Shown here: piece by piece, positions 26,429 through 36,430 of the stretch
How positions within the stretch are numbered: the stretch's first letter is position 1
How the letters are laid out: each line of letters starts with the position of its first letter
Origin: a virus
Lineage: Duplodnaviria; Caudoviricetes
Length of the DNA stretch: 38,709 bases
Virus record (IMG/VR): IMGVR_UViG_3300011338_000746
Coordinates: 1 to 38,709 of that record
Reading direction: 5' to 3' (one strand)
Translations under genes and position numbers: made by a program
The notes under the pieces: model-generated
What the model saw: only the letters and a program-made list of their open reading frames with translations
The model's database searches: none
Told to the model about the DNA's origin: nothing

Positions 26429-27529
26429 TTACCAACGATCTATTTCGTTAGTTTTTTGAGTTTGATTAAATTGTGGGGTTACACCTCCAGTTATATCTTT
26501 TTGAGCTTGTTTTCTAAGAACTTTTTCTGTACTAATTGCAGCTTCTGTTTTTAATTGTGTTAATAACATTTGCTTATATGCTTCAGGGTTTGTAGCATGT
26601 AACAATAGTTCTGTGTAAAATTCAGGATTGGCATATTCACCAAACTTTAAATCTTCTACTACTGCTTGAAGTGCATCAATAGGTTCATTTGTTAAAGAAG
26701 AACGGTAAATAGGTTGTACATTTTCATACAAGTATGCTTTTAAGTTTTGATCTAATTCTAGACCTGCTACTTTAGGTTGATTTAAAACTCTGCCAACTTC
26801 ATTAGTATACATATTAAAGTACTGCTCTTTTTCTTGCATTTCAGCTAATGCTGATTGCTCAATTGCAGCTACCTTATTCATATGATACTCTTGTAGTTGA
26901 GGTTTATAAAAATCAACTTTAGCATCTAATTTACCTAATTCTTTCCAAGTTGCAATATCTTCATTAATTACATCTGGTGTACCATAATTAGTTAATGATA
27001 AATATTCTCTAACTATAGCTTCTTTTCCTTGGTCTGTAGTATCATCAATTGAAAATGTTGTTTCTACATCTTTCCAAGTTTCTAAAAGTGTTTGAATATC
27101 ACTTCCACCATTTAAACCATATTTAACAATGGATTGAAATTGTGGATTTAATTCATTTAGCTTTTGCTCAAAGATCTGTGTATTTATATTTTCTTCCCAA
27201 CTTTTTTTATTATCTTGAATAAGACTAGCTAAGTCTTCCTTAGTTCTAATCTCATATCCATCATAAGGATCTAAAATACCTTGTTCAAAAAGGTCATTAA
27301 TAGTTGATAGAAATTCTGTTGGTAATACCTCTTCTTGTATTCCAGAGGTTTGTGTTGGACTTTCTGATGTTTTATCAGATTCCAACGGTATTAATATGTT
27401 TGTTGGATCATTGTCCGGAATTGGTACAGGATTTTCCTGATTTTCTTTTACTTCTTCCAATCCGTATAAAGGATCTTTGTCTGCTTCATGAGTATCCCAT
27501 GAACTTGGTTGTTGTTTCTCGAATGCCAT
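26429..27529 (-). CDS. putative scaffolding protein
   Basis: Acidic, low-complexity N-terminus, helical; between portal and MCP. Confidence 0.65.
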   Translation of the reverse strand: MAFEKQQPSSWDTHEADKDPLYGLEEVKENQENPVPIPDNDPTNILIPLESDKTSESPTQTSGIQEEVLPTEFLSTINDLFEQGILDPYDGYEIRTKEDLASLIQDNKKSWEENINTQIFEQKLNELNPQFQSIVKYGLNGGSDIQTLLETWKDVETTFSIDDTTDQGKEAIVREYLSLTNYGTPDVINEDIATWKELGKLDAKVDFYKPQLQEYHMNKVAAIEQSALAEMQEKEQYFNMYTNEVGRVLNQPKVAGLELDQNLKAYLYENVQPIYRSSLTNEPIDALQAVVEDLKFGEYANPEFYTELLLHATNPEAYKQMLLTQLKTEAAISTEKVLRKQAQKDITGGVTPQFNQTQKTNEIDRW

Positions 27530-27638
27530 TGGTTTGTTGGTTTTATTCTTACAATATAAGATATAGTAAAAATTGGTTAAATAAAAAATTAATTAATAAT
27601 ATTATTTCAAAGTTGATCTTTATAGCTATTTGGCTAAA

Positions 27639-30407
27639 TTATTTCCTTAGCTTACCATCAGCTTGTAATTCACTCTTTGTTTTGTTTTCTCTAGCTATCT
27701 CAAGTTTCTTTTCTTCTATGGCATTTCTAGTTACCATTTCTTTTTCTTTCATCATCATTTCCCTAGATTTAATAGATTGTTTTGAGTCAAATTGTCTTTT
27801 TTGTAAATCTATAGTAGTATTAAAGTTATTTTGTCTATTAAACTCCTTGATATTTTCCATTGAATCTATCTGTTTATTAACATTTACATCAGTTTGAACT
27901 CCTCCCAATTCGTTAATAGTAGCTATATCTAATCTATTTTGTCTATCAAGTTCTTTATTTTTATTTTCATTATCAAGTTCTGCCTGTTTCAATTCTCTCA
28001 TCATTGCTTGACTTTCTTCAAATTGTTTTTGATCTGCCTCTTGTTTAGCTCTAGCATTCTCCCTTCTCATATTTTCAGATTTTTCCAATTGTTCTATAAT
28101 CTCAGAAGGAGATTGAGAATGCATAATTTTCATATAATCAGACATTTCAGCACCGGCAGTATTAATCTGTTGTGCTATATTTTGCATTTTTTCAACTAAT
28201 GCTTTTACTTCAGATGTACTTTGACAGAATAATTTAAGTTTAGGTAATATTATTTTATCACATTCAATCTCAAATAATTCATTTTCCCCGTTTCCTTTAG
28301 TATATACTAAACGTACATCTGGTTTAGATGAAGCTAAATATTGTTCAGCATCTAACATCAATTGACGTACCCTAGGCATAAACTCATTTAAATGACGTTC
28401 AAATATATATTCAGTCTGTGCATATGAATTATTTTGAGCAATCTGAACACCTGTAGCTGATTCTCCACTATTAGGGTTTCCTATACGTTGAGGAGTTATT
28501 CCTAAAATAGAAAAAGCCATATTCTTATAGTATTCTCCTAATTGTATATTTCTTAATATATCTGCTGTATTACTAAAGTCAAGTACTTGGAAATGTGAGA
28601 ATCCTGTACCTGATGGATTATTAGTAGGGCTGCCATCCATTAATGCAATATTATTTCTACGGATAACTTCCATCCATTTATTCATTGCATTCTTTCCCCA
28701 AGAACCATCAAAAGATTTCTTTGGTATAAAGTTTTGGTCAATCATAATAACCTTACCTGTAGCTAAACTATTAGCTAACATATCAATGTTTTGATTGTTA
28801 ACAATATTAAAACATATCTGATAAGGGGACATTCTTCTAACCATAGAATTAGGAGATACATTTCTATCTGAAAATGTCATACCTTCTACTGGTATCTTGT
28901 CTATTTGAAGATCTATTGGATCTCCCCCAAGATAAATACCAATACCTAAACCTGTAGGTCCACCAAAACCATTTAAACTATTTTTAGATATTTTAACACC
29001 AAATCTTATTTCTTTTTTCCAAAACCAATCTATATGTTCTCCTGAAACTAGATTATCTTTTGTTTTAGAAGAACGTAATGAATTATCATAAGCTGGTTCT
29101 TCTGTAATTCTATAATCCTCATCTATAAGTTCTGAAGATTTAAATCCAGACTCATTAACAGTTGTTAATGTACCATATTTTTTATAAGATACCCAATAAC
29201 CTTCCGTAACTCTAAATAAATGATTTTGAAGAGCAGAATCAAAAAGATCATCTTTTTTACCACCTAGTCTAGACCATTGATCAAATTCAGCAACTTTATG
29301 TTTTAGGTTATCCATTAACAAAAAGTTTTCAACTGTACTATCTGTAATAGATTCTGGATGAGGTTTATTAAAGTCTGTCCAATTAGAATTATCTCCTATA
29401 TGAGAACCTTCTACTGCATTTACTAAATTACTATTAATACCTAATGATGGAGAATTACTTTGAAGGGCTGCATAATCCTTCTCTTGCATTAAATGATTGT
29501 AATTTTGTAGAATCTCAGCAACAGACATATACAATTGACGTCCAACTACTAATGAATCTGAAGCCCATCTAGACTCAGAAGTAGATATATTAAATACATT
29601 CTTAGGATTCCAAACTTCAGGTTGAATATCGTCTTGTAATGAACGTATATGCATATACGTACTATCTGTAACTATAAGATCTCTAAAAGATAAAGCTGCT
29701 TTTTCCTTCATATGAAAACGCATATTATCCCAGGTAATCATTCTATTAGCCCATTGTTCTGCTATTGTTTCATAGGTTTTAAACTTTAACTCCGCATCAA
29801 CTAATTCTTGGGCACGTTGTAATTCTCCTTCTTTTGCTTTATTTGATTCTTCTGATTCAGGAACATCTTTATAAGTTTCTTCAATTTTAGACTTTGCCTT
29901 ATCAACTAAAGTCTTATAAATAAGATCTTTTTTGTATTTTGATTTTTCATTTGATGTAAACTCATCTACACCCCTAACAATTATTCTAGTATCTCTTTTA
30001 ATGTATTCACCTACAAAAAGATTTACAATAGGGGGTATAATTGGAAAAAACATAGCTGGTAACATTCCTTCTTCCCCTTCATTAACTATATCTTGTACAT
30101 AATTACCAAATTCCTCAGATTTAACTCCATAGTCTTCTGGAGAAAGAATCCCGTCAGCCATTTCATAATCTTTTGTTAATCCTTTGAAATTCTTCTTAAT
30201 CTGTTCATAACCAACACGTTCCATCCAATCCATGTTCCACATTTTCCATTCTTCATTCTTTCCAAACTTGGAAATCATTTGAACCGGGGTAAGTGACCAT
30301 AATTTATTTGTATTTCCAGAAGATGTCCACCCATTTAAAATTTGACGAGCAGTAACTACTACTTGAGTTTCTTTCTTTGTTTTTGCTGTTTTGTATTGCT
30401 TTGCCAT
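27639..30407 (-). CDS. portal protein with long C-terminal coiled coil
   Basis: 922 aa after terminase; PIIPPIVNLFVGE, GITPQRIG..ESATG motifs; helical barrel tail. Confidence 0.85.
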   Translation of the reverse strand: MAKQYKTAKTKKETQVVVTARQILNGWTSSGNTNKLWSLTPVQMISKFGKNEEWKMWNMDWMERVGYEQIKKNFKGLTKDYEMADGILSPEDYGVKSEEFGNYVQDIVNEGEEGMLPAMFFPIIPPIVNLFVGEYIKRDTRIIVRGVDEFTSNEKSKYKKDLIYKTLVDKAKSKIEETYKDVPESEESNKAKEGELQRAQELVDAELKFKTYETIAEQWANRMITWDNMRFHMKEKAALSFRDLIVTDSTYMHIRSLQDDIQPEVWNPKNVFNISTSESRWASDSLVVGRQLYMSVAEILQNYNHLMQEKDYAALQSNSPSLGINSNLVNAVEGSHIGDNSNWTDFNKPHPESITDSTVENFLLMDNLKHKVAEFDQWSRLGGKKDDLFDSALQNHLFRVTEGYWVSYKKYGTLTTVNESGFKSSELIDEDYRITEEPAYDNSLRSSKTKDNLVSGEHIDWFWKKEIRFGVKISKNSLNGFGGPTGLGIGIYLGGDPIDLQIDKIPVEGMTFSDRNVSPNSMVRRMSPYQICFNIVNNQNIDMLANSLATGKVIMIDQNFIPKKSFDGSWGKNAMNKWMEVIRRNNIALMDGSPTNNPSGTGFSHFQVLDFSNTADILRNIQLGEYYKNMAFSILGITPQRIGNPNSGESATGVQIAQNNSYAQTEYIFERHLNEFMPRVRQLMLDAEQYLASSKPDVRLVYTKGNGENELFEIECDKIILPKLKLFCQSTSEVKALVEKMQNIAQQINTAGAEMSDYMKIMHSQSPSEIIEQLEKSENMRRENARAKQEADQKQFEESQAMMRELKQAELDNENKNKELDRQNRLDIATINELGGVQTDVNVNKQIDSMENIKEFNRQNNFNTTIDLQKRQFDSKQSIKSREMMMKEKEMVTRNAIEEKKLEIARENKTKSELQADGKLRK

Positions 30408-30457
30408 TATAATATAAGTTAAAGTAATTAATTTTAAAAATTACTTAATTTTAAAAG

Positions 30458-32671
30458 TTAAAACTTCATTCTTCTAAAGAATCCTTTTGTAGGTTTAATT
30501 CTTATGAAATCTGATTCTTTTGATTCTATTTCATCAAATTCAGATATAATACCTGAGTTGATGTACATTTCACAAATAGCTAAGGTTAACCCAAAGGCAA
30601 CCAATCTATCCGTATTCATTCCTTTTTTATATCCTAGGATTTCTTTAACCATCCCAATATCTTGTATTCTTTCAATGCCATATACTGTTTTAACTACTTT
30701 ATCCTCACCAATTTTTACTACATCTAAGACATCTTGTATATAGTCTTTAATTTTATTCATGATCAGGGTACGTAATTTACCATTAGGTGCCATATAAATA
30801 CCGTACATACGTTGAACAGAAGTTTCTACCTCTACATCAGCTCCCCATATATTCTTAGCCTCACTAGAAGGTATTAAATATTTGGCATCTAAGTTTTTAG
30901 ATCTCATATGATCTATAAAGGAAGTTACATTATTCTCCACTAATGCATATGCATTATACATACGAAGAAGATACTCAGCCTGTGCATTAGTTTGCTTTCT
31001 ATCATCATATCTTCCTATATACCAAGCAACGGGTTTATATCCATCATATTTAATTCTAATCTCCCCTGTTTCTTCATCTTTATATTTAATCTGTGTTCTA
31101 TTTTTAAATATATAGATACAAAACAATGATTCTGATGTAGTTGTAATATCTGTTTGAATAGGATCTATCCCTGCAAAATACATTCTTGCTGTTGGCTCAG
31201 TATCCCCTTTTTCCATTTGGGGAAGTTCTAATATTTGTATACATCCTCTTTTATCTACATCTTCCTTACCTTTAAATGGAAATTCTGTAATAGGAAGAGT
31301 ATCAACATGTCTAAACTCTATTTCTCCATCTCTATTCTCAAATAACTCACAGTTAATAATTTTAGGTCTTTTAACTATAAGTCTATCTTCTTGCATTTTA
31401 GCAATACCAGTAGGGAAAAATCCTGTAGTTCTTTGTGCAAATCCTTCTTCAGGAGAAGTAATCTTTTGAGATATATCTAATTGTACTAATTTAGCAGCTT
31501 TATTAGATCCTTTTAACTTTTCTTTTTGGGCATTAATAAACTTTAAGGCAAGTTCCACATTTGAATTACCATCTGTGTCATAAAAAGGTATATTTGTATC
31601 ATCATCGACACCTTCTAAGTTATATGCCTCACTTACAAATAATGTACATTGTTTACCCTGTCTATCCGTTGATTTATCCCAAATATTAGTAATACCATAA
31701 AAGTTATGTTCTTCTGGATTATAAAATATTTCTTTTAAGTCTTCCGCATCATCTAACTCACCAAGAGCCCCTGAACATATAATAGTACCTGTGGTTAAAT
31801 TACCTTTTTCAAGTGCCGGACGTATATATCCAACTGTTGTTAACATAGTTGGGGCAACACCTGCTTCCTCGTAGAAAAAGAATGTTTGAGCACCACCTAC
31901 ACCCTGTTCAGGACTTTGTTTAAAGGTAACTCCTTTTAATACACTATCATTACCCACATAACCCCCGTCTTTAAGTTCAATACGTTCAATCCAATCTAAC
32001 ATCTTTGGTTTAAATGGACCACGTCTAAATGCATTACCAGTATTCTTATCACAATGGGCTTTGTATCTTTCTAAAAATAACCAAGACTTTTTTACTTTGG
32101 TCTCATCAATGGCACCAATAGTATTAATTGTTCCTTCAAACCAAACATAACTCCAATAGAGTACTGCCATAATTTTAAGGGAATATCCACGTTGACGAGC
32201 TTTTAACACTCCACAATGTTTACCTGTAAGAATACATAAAGTAAGATAGTGAAAAAAGTAAAGATCTCCATCCCATACTAAGCCAAAAGCTTTTTTACCC
32301 CGGGCATCATCCATAAAAGGACAATAATTAAGATAAAAATAATAAAATGGAGGTATATATACATCATCATATATAACACCCTTTTTACATTTATCACGTT
32401 CATGTAACCAAAACTTATTATATCCGGATGTTCCTTCTATAAACCTAGTATAAAAGCCACCTTCTAAGTTTGGTCTTTTACAAGAGTTGGTATAAACCAT
32501 ACCTGCCTCTTTCCATTTAAAGGTATTTTTAAGGTTATATTCACCAGGTAATTTAAACTGGTCTTCTACATATTCTGTAAATTTTTTAAGGGAATTAAAC
32601 ACTTGTTCACTCCATGTATCTGTAGTGGAACAATATTTAGGAATATGTAAAGGAAAATCAAAAAATCTCAT
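30458..32671 (-). CDS. terL: terminase large subunit
   Basis: LKARQRGYS Walker A, FFYEEAG Walker B, FAGIDP RNase H motif, LVENN, NTDRLVA. Confidence 0.92.
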   Translation of the reverse strand: MRFFDFPLHIPKYCSTTDTWSEQVFNSLKKFTEYVEDQFKLPGEYNLKNTFKWKEAGMVYTNSCKRPNLEGGFYTRFIEGTSGYNKFWLHERDKCKKGVIYDDVYIPPFYYFYLNYCPFMDDARGKKAFGLVWDGDLYFFHYLTLCILTGKHCGVLKARQRGYSLKIMAVLYWSYVWFEGTINTIGAIDETKVKKSWLFLERYKAHCDKNTGNAFRRGPFKPKMLDWIERIELKDGGYVGNDSVLKGVTFKQSPEQGVGGAQTFFFYEEAGVAPTMLTTVGYIRPALEKGNLTTGTIICSGALGELDDAEDLKEIFYNPEEHNFYGITNIWDKSTDRQGKQCTLFVSEAYNLEGVDDDTNIPFYDTDGNSNVELALKFINAQKEKLKGSNKAAKLVQLDISQKITSPEEGFAQRTTGFFPTGIAKMQEDRLIVKRPKIINCELFENRDGEIEFRHVDTLPITEFPFKGKEDVDKRGCIQILELPQMEKGDTEPTARMYFAGIDPIQTDITTTSESLFCIYIFKNRTQIKYKDEETGEIRIKYDGYKPVAWYIGRYDDRKQTNAQAEYLLRMYNAYALVENNVTSFIDHMRSKNLDAKYLIPSSEAKNIWGADVEVETSVQRMYGIYMAPNGKLRTLIMNKIKDYIQDVLDVVKIGEDKVVKTVYGIERIQDIGMVKEILGYKKGMNTDRLVAFGLTLAICEMYINSGIISEFDEIESKESDFIRIKPTKGFFRRMKF

Positions 32672-33180
32672 TATCTAATACCTCCTACATCTCTACCACC
32701 TATAGTATTTGCTTTTGTCTCTTCATCAACTGATTTTTTAACAGCTGCAAGACTAGCTGCTAGTTTAGCAGCATCTGCAATGATACCTTTTCTCTGTGTT
32801 AAATCCTCAGAGGTAATAGGTGTTGTTTGTAAATAATATAATATGTTATCTAATTCAGATTCAAGTCCATTAAATAAACGGACAAGAGATGTTGTATAAA
32901 GATTAGTTAGTCTTTCTATACATCTTTCTAATAAGGGATCTTCTTCATCAAAAGCACCTATATTAGTATATACCTCACGGATAACTTCTTCTTTTTTCTC
33001 TTCTGCTGGTAGATTTCTAAATGGACTATTGTATGCTGACATCAAATGACAATATGCTAAATATGGTTCAGCATTAAGTTCATATTTATCTAAGATATCA
33101 CGTGTTTCCTCAACCATATAAGCTTCAGGAGTAATAACCAATCTACCTGCTTCAGTTACTTCAAATAGTTTAGGACTCAT
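32671..33180 (-). CDS. putative terminase small subunit / helical protein
   Basis: Coupled directly upstream of terL (TAATG); helical with ..TIGG C-terminus; inferred from position. Confidence 0.45.
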   Translation of the reverse strand: MSPKLFEVTEAGRLVITPEAYMVEETRDILDKYELNAEPYLAYCHLMSAYNSPFRNLPAEEKKEEVIREVYTNIGAFDEEDPLLERCIERLTNLYTTSLVRLFNGLESELDNILYYLQTTPITSEDLTQRKGIIADAAKLAASLAAVKKSVDEETKANTIGGRDVGGIR

Positions 33181-33550
33181 TTATAAGTGTTAAATAGTTA
33201 TAATGATTTTCTGTAGTTGTAACAGAAAGATCAAATGTTAATTCTTCATTAATCTCTATGTCTTTTACTGCTAATCCAAGATTACCACTAAATATAACAT
33301 TTGGACTAGTGGAATGTCTCATATATTTACAATCATCACCATCTAGTTCATATATATACTTGGATTCATATAGTTCTACACAGGTAGCATACTTATCAAA
33401 ATAATCACGTAAATCTTCAGGTAAATCATCACTATGTACCTGCATATCAACCCCTTCTGTATAAAACCATACCGGTTGACCTTTTTTTATAAATTCACCG
33501 GCATATAATATATCTTTACCTATACCTAGTTCTGTTTTTACTTTTAGCAT
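33170..33550 (-). CDS. SET-domain protein (degenerate lysine methyltransferase motifs)
   Basis: LYAGEFIKKG, KYMRHSTSPN (cf. NHSxxPN), AVKDIEINEELTFDL (cf. ELTxDY). Confidence 0.8.
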   Translation of the reverse strand: MLKVKTELGIGKDILYAGEFIKKGQPVWFYTEGVDMQVHSDDLPEDLRDYFDKYATCVELYESKYIYELDGDDCKYMRHSTSPNVIFSGNLGLAVKDIEINEELTFDLSVTTTENHYNYLTLINES

Positions 33551-34233
33551 AATTTTTTCTTTTTTGCATCTGCAAGGATGCTGTTAACTTCTTTTCTAAG
33601 ATATACTATAGGGATAATGTTTTCATGTAGTGGTTCTAATGTATCCTCATCAAATATAGTATGGTGAATTTCAATCTTACCTGGTTTAAGTGTTTTATTG
33701 TTTTGTAGGATAAGATGCATATATAAAGATAGTTGTAATCTATATTCGTTATAATTGCATTTATCCATGTGGTTTAATGGTTCTAACATTTTCTGACGTA
33801 AGGTAAATCCTTTATTTTTAAGGATACGTGCAGACATATACATTGTTTTATCACTTTTAAAGTCTATAATATTAACCCTGTTATTAATAATGGATATTCT
33901 ATCAGGTATTCCTATTAATTTTAAGGTTGGATGTACAAATGGACGTTCATCATAAATAAACCCCTCTTCAACTATATAATCAAGGGAATTATACTCAAAG
34001 TTATCATCACCTTTAATATAACTATACTCTATATAGTTATCTTTGTCTTTCATCTCTTCCCTTTTCATAAGGTGGAGTTTATTACCTTTATTTAAGCCTT
34101 TTTGACGAGCTTCTTCCCATTGTTCAAGAATATCCTCAGTAGATACTCCTTCTTCTTTAGCTTTAGCCTTAGCTTTCTTTTCCCAATCTACTTTAGGATG
34201 ATAATGCTTAATTAATTGTGTTACCCCTATCAT
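33544..34233 (-). CDS. PD-(D/E)xK nuclease
   Basis: GNKLH, E, GIPD, IIDFKS, YRLQLSLY motifs. Confidence 0.85.
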   Translation of the reverse strand: MIGVTQLIKHYHPKVDWEKKAKAKAKEEGVSTEDILEQWEEARQKGLNKGNKLHLMKREEMKDKDNYIEYSYIKGDDNFEYNSLDYIVEEGFIYDERPFVHPTLKLIGIPDRISIINNRVNIIDFKSDKTMYMSARILKNKGFTLRQKMLEPLNHMDKCNYNEYRLQLSLYMHLILQNNKTLKPGKIEIHHTIFDEDTLEPLHENIIPIVYLRKEVNSILADAKKKKLC

Positions 34234-34547
34234 TATATAACAAAAGCTGAAAATCTTTGAACATATTGTACTAAATCTGGACTACCAACTAATTTATAGT
34301 TAATCCATACACTTTTATTATTCATACCTGGTTTACCACTTGAATTAAAGGATATGTCCATAGGTACTGATTCCCCCGGTGGTATAATACCTTTTGGAAC
34401 TGTTGGTGTAGTACAACCACATCCAGCCCCAACGGATAATATATCTACTCCTACATTATATGTGTTGGTAATTGTTAATGTTTCAGAGACTGTATCACCA
34501 TTATGAATTGTCCCAAATTCTAATAATTGTTTATTACTTGTTAACAT
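34233..34547 (-). CDS. DUF1573-family Ig-like protein without signal peptide
   Basis: FGTI...ITN...GCGCTTP...IPPGES...FNS..KPG...KSV. Confidence 0.8.
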   Translation of the reverse strand: MLTSNKQLLEFGTIHNGDTVSETLTITNTYNVGVDILSVGAGCGCTTPTVPKGIIPPGESVPMDISFNSSGKPGMNNKSVWINYKLVGSPDLVQYVQRFSAFVI

Positions 34548-34956
34548 ACTTTACTACTTTTTTATTAATTAAATCTATATAAATACCCATATCTTTTTTA
34601 AAGCACATCCAATCTAATTCATTCATCATAGTTGGATAACAGGCTTTATCACATGTGTTATCTGAAAGTACCACATCCTCAAATACACATTTACAAGGAC
34701 ATTCTTTATTTTCAAAACATTTAAATTCGTTGGTACTGCCTATATATAACCTATATATAACTTGTTCTTGTTTATACTGGGGAAAACCTAAGTATTCACT
34801 TAATGCCCCCTTTGTAAATACTTTATCTAAGTTAAAAGACATTTTCATCCGTCTTAAAATAGATTGTATATAAGAGTACATATTCTTATAGGTTAAATTA
34901 TGATCTGTTGCCGGGATACCTATTTTATTAAGAAGGTATATTATTATTTTCTTCAT
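34534..34956 (-). CDS. hypothetical Cys-cluster protein (possible metal binding)
   Basis: EQVIYR..C.ENKECPCKC...CDKACYP.MM. Confidence 0.65.
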   Translation of the reverse strand: MKKIIIYLLNKIGIPATDHNLTYKNMYSYIQSILRRMKMSFNLDKVFTKGALSEYLGFPQYKQEQVIYRLYIGSTNEFKCFENKECPCKCVFEDVVLSDNTCDKACYPTMMNELDWMCFKKDMGIYIDLINKKVVKYVNK

Positions 34957-35326
34957 ATTTCTTTTTACAGTATTCTACTTGTTCTATTGATTTTTGTTGT
35001 TTGGCTTTTTTAAAGGGGATTACCTGTGTTAAATAGACCCTAAATAAATCACGGGCCCTTTTACCAATAGGTTTATCTTTATATCCTGGGTATTTCTCAT
35101 TTAAATACTTTCTCATACTTAAATAACGTCTACATTGATTTTCAACTTTAACAGACTTTAAAACAAAGGTTCCAAAGTTACACAATTGCATAGATGGATG
35201 TTCCATATTAACCATTGCTTCTTTTTGACGAAAAAAAACAGCATCCCCTACAGACTTAACTAAGTCGTAAGGGATACCTTGTTTTTTAGAAACCTTTAAA
35301 TAAACATCGTTAATTTTGCTTATCAT
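34928..35326 (-). CDS. HU/IHF-like DNA-binding protein
   Basis: Two N-terminal helices then QLCNFGTFVLK (cf. LxGFGTF); basic. Confidence 0.65.
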   Translation of the reverse strand: MISKINDVYLKVSKKQGIPYDLVKSVGDAVFFRQKEAMVNMEHPSMQLCNFGTFVLKSVKVENQCRRYLSMRKYLNEKYPGYKDKPIGKRARDLFRVYLTQVIPFKKAKQQKSIEQVEYCKKKYEENNNIPS

Positions 35327-35675
35327 ATATTATCTTAACATTGATTAATAGATCTTCGTTTAATTCAGTGGGAAGATAATCATCACTAATAGTTAGTTTA
35401 TCTGCTTTGTTTCCTATTATAATACCACATTTCTTAAGATATGTTTTAGCATTATTAATAGTGGCTATACTTTTAAAGCTACTTTTACGTGATGTGGAAT
35501 GTTCTATATGATAGTCATATGTTTCATGACTGATTCCATGGATATAAAAATCAATTAACAAATTAATATGAGATGGACTTAATATAACACCATATTCAAC
35601 TGATTTGATATGCAGGATCATACGAATCAACATCTCTTTATCTTTAATATTTATGTTATCATTAATAACTCTCAT
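35310..35675 (-). CDS. hypothetical protein, possible winged helix
   Basis: FKSIATINNAKTYLKKCGII pattern. Confidence 0.55.
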   Translation of the reverse strand: MRVINDNINIKDKEMLIRMILHIKSVEYGVILSPSHINLLIDFYIHGISHETYDYHIEHSTSRKSSFKSIATINNAKTYLKKCGIIIGNKADKLTISDDYLPTELNEDLLINVKIIYDKQN

Positions 35676-35711
35676 AATATAATATAATAATTTTTAAAGT
35701 TAATTCCTAAT

Positions 35712-36008
35712 TTATGCAGGGGTTTCTTCTTCTACTAATGTAGGATCTGTTACAGTTTCTTCAGATAATGTAGTATCTGTTTCAGATTGTTGCATCATAC
35801 TCTGTAATGCTTTACCTCTAGCATCTTCTATTTCAGCTTCCATATTAGCAACTGCTGACTTATAATAAAGTATCTTATAAGTATACTCCCATTGATCAGA
35901 TTGCAATTTCAAAAGATCATTCTGCTTCTTCATGTTTTTAATGTAAGCCTGTGTCTCTTTTTCTGTAGGTATTCTTTGTACCTCTTCTTGTTGTGTGTTT
36001 AATTCCAT
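35712..36008 (-). CDS. hypothetical acidic coiled-coil protein (98 aa)
   Basis: ORF overlapping groES stop. Confidence 0.7.
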   Translation of the reverse strand: MELNTQQEEVQRIPTEKETQAYIKNMKKQNDLLKLQSDQWEYTYKILYYKSAVANMEAEIEDARGKALQSMMQQSETDTTLSEETVTDPTLVEEETPA

Positions 36009-36280
36009 TTTCCTAAAATTTGATCTTGTGTTAAAAATAAATATTGTTCTCCTGTACTATGTTTAAAAGGTAGGGGACTACTCAACGGATCTAATAATAC
36101 CTTATCCCCAATAGAAATACCTTCCACCTTCTCACCAACACTCTCAACCGTACATATCCAATTACGTACATCTTGATATTCAACCTTTACATTATCCGGT
36201 ATAATAATACCACTATCTGTTTCTTTTACGGGGACTGGTAAAGTAGTTACCATCTTCCTCCCTATTGCTTGTATATTCAT
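35999..36280 (-). CDS. groES: GroES-like co-chaperonin
   Basis: IQAIGRK, KETDSGIIIP mobile loop, TVESVG, IGDKVL, DQILG. Confidence 0.85.
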   Translation of the reverse strand: MNIQAIGRKMVTTLPVPVKETDSGIIIPDNVKVEYQDVRNWICTVESVGEKVEGISIGDKVLLDPLSSPLPFKHSTGEQYLFLTQDQILGKWN

Positions 36281-36285
36281 ATATG

Positions 36286-36293
36286 CAAATATA
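36286..36293 (-). promoter_or_regulatory. Bacteroidota -7 promoter element TATATTTG
   Basis: TAnnTTTG 5 nt upstream of groES ATG, at the head of the minus-strand block. Confidence 0.75.
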
Positions 36294-36302
36294 TAGTATT
36301 GT

Positions 36303-36430
36303 TTAACATATTATTCACCCATATACCATCATTAACATAACAATAACCCCCACACCATATATTAACATACAGATAAATTACAAAGTAAAATTTCCGGAGA
36401 ACAGATATATTTTTAGAAAACAGATATATT
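36303..36430. repeat. short direct repeats in the strand-switch region
   Basis: TTAACATA at 36303, 36332, 36362 (about 30-nt period); AACAGATATATT at 36400 and 36419, plus ACAGATAAATT at 36369. Confidence 0.6.

Noticed and set aside
24704-32671. Introns or inteins in terminase, portal or MCP
   Set aside because: ORFs are uninterrupted, of plausible size and show no intein splice motifs
2147-34873. Plus-strand ORFs inside minus-strand genes (e.g. 7534-7800, 17611-18062, 24942-25214, 27304-27897) and nested 15743-15970
   Set aside because: Antisense or out-of-frame shadows of strong genes, with no motifs or expression signals
36303-36430. Mini-CRISPR array
   Set aside because: Repeats are only 8-12 nt with no repeat-spacer geometry; the PD-(D/E)xK nuclease lacks the Cas4 four-Cys cluster
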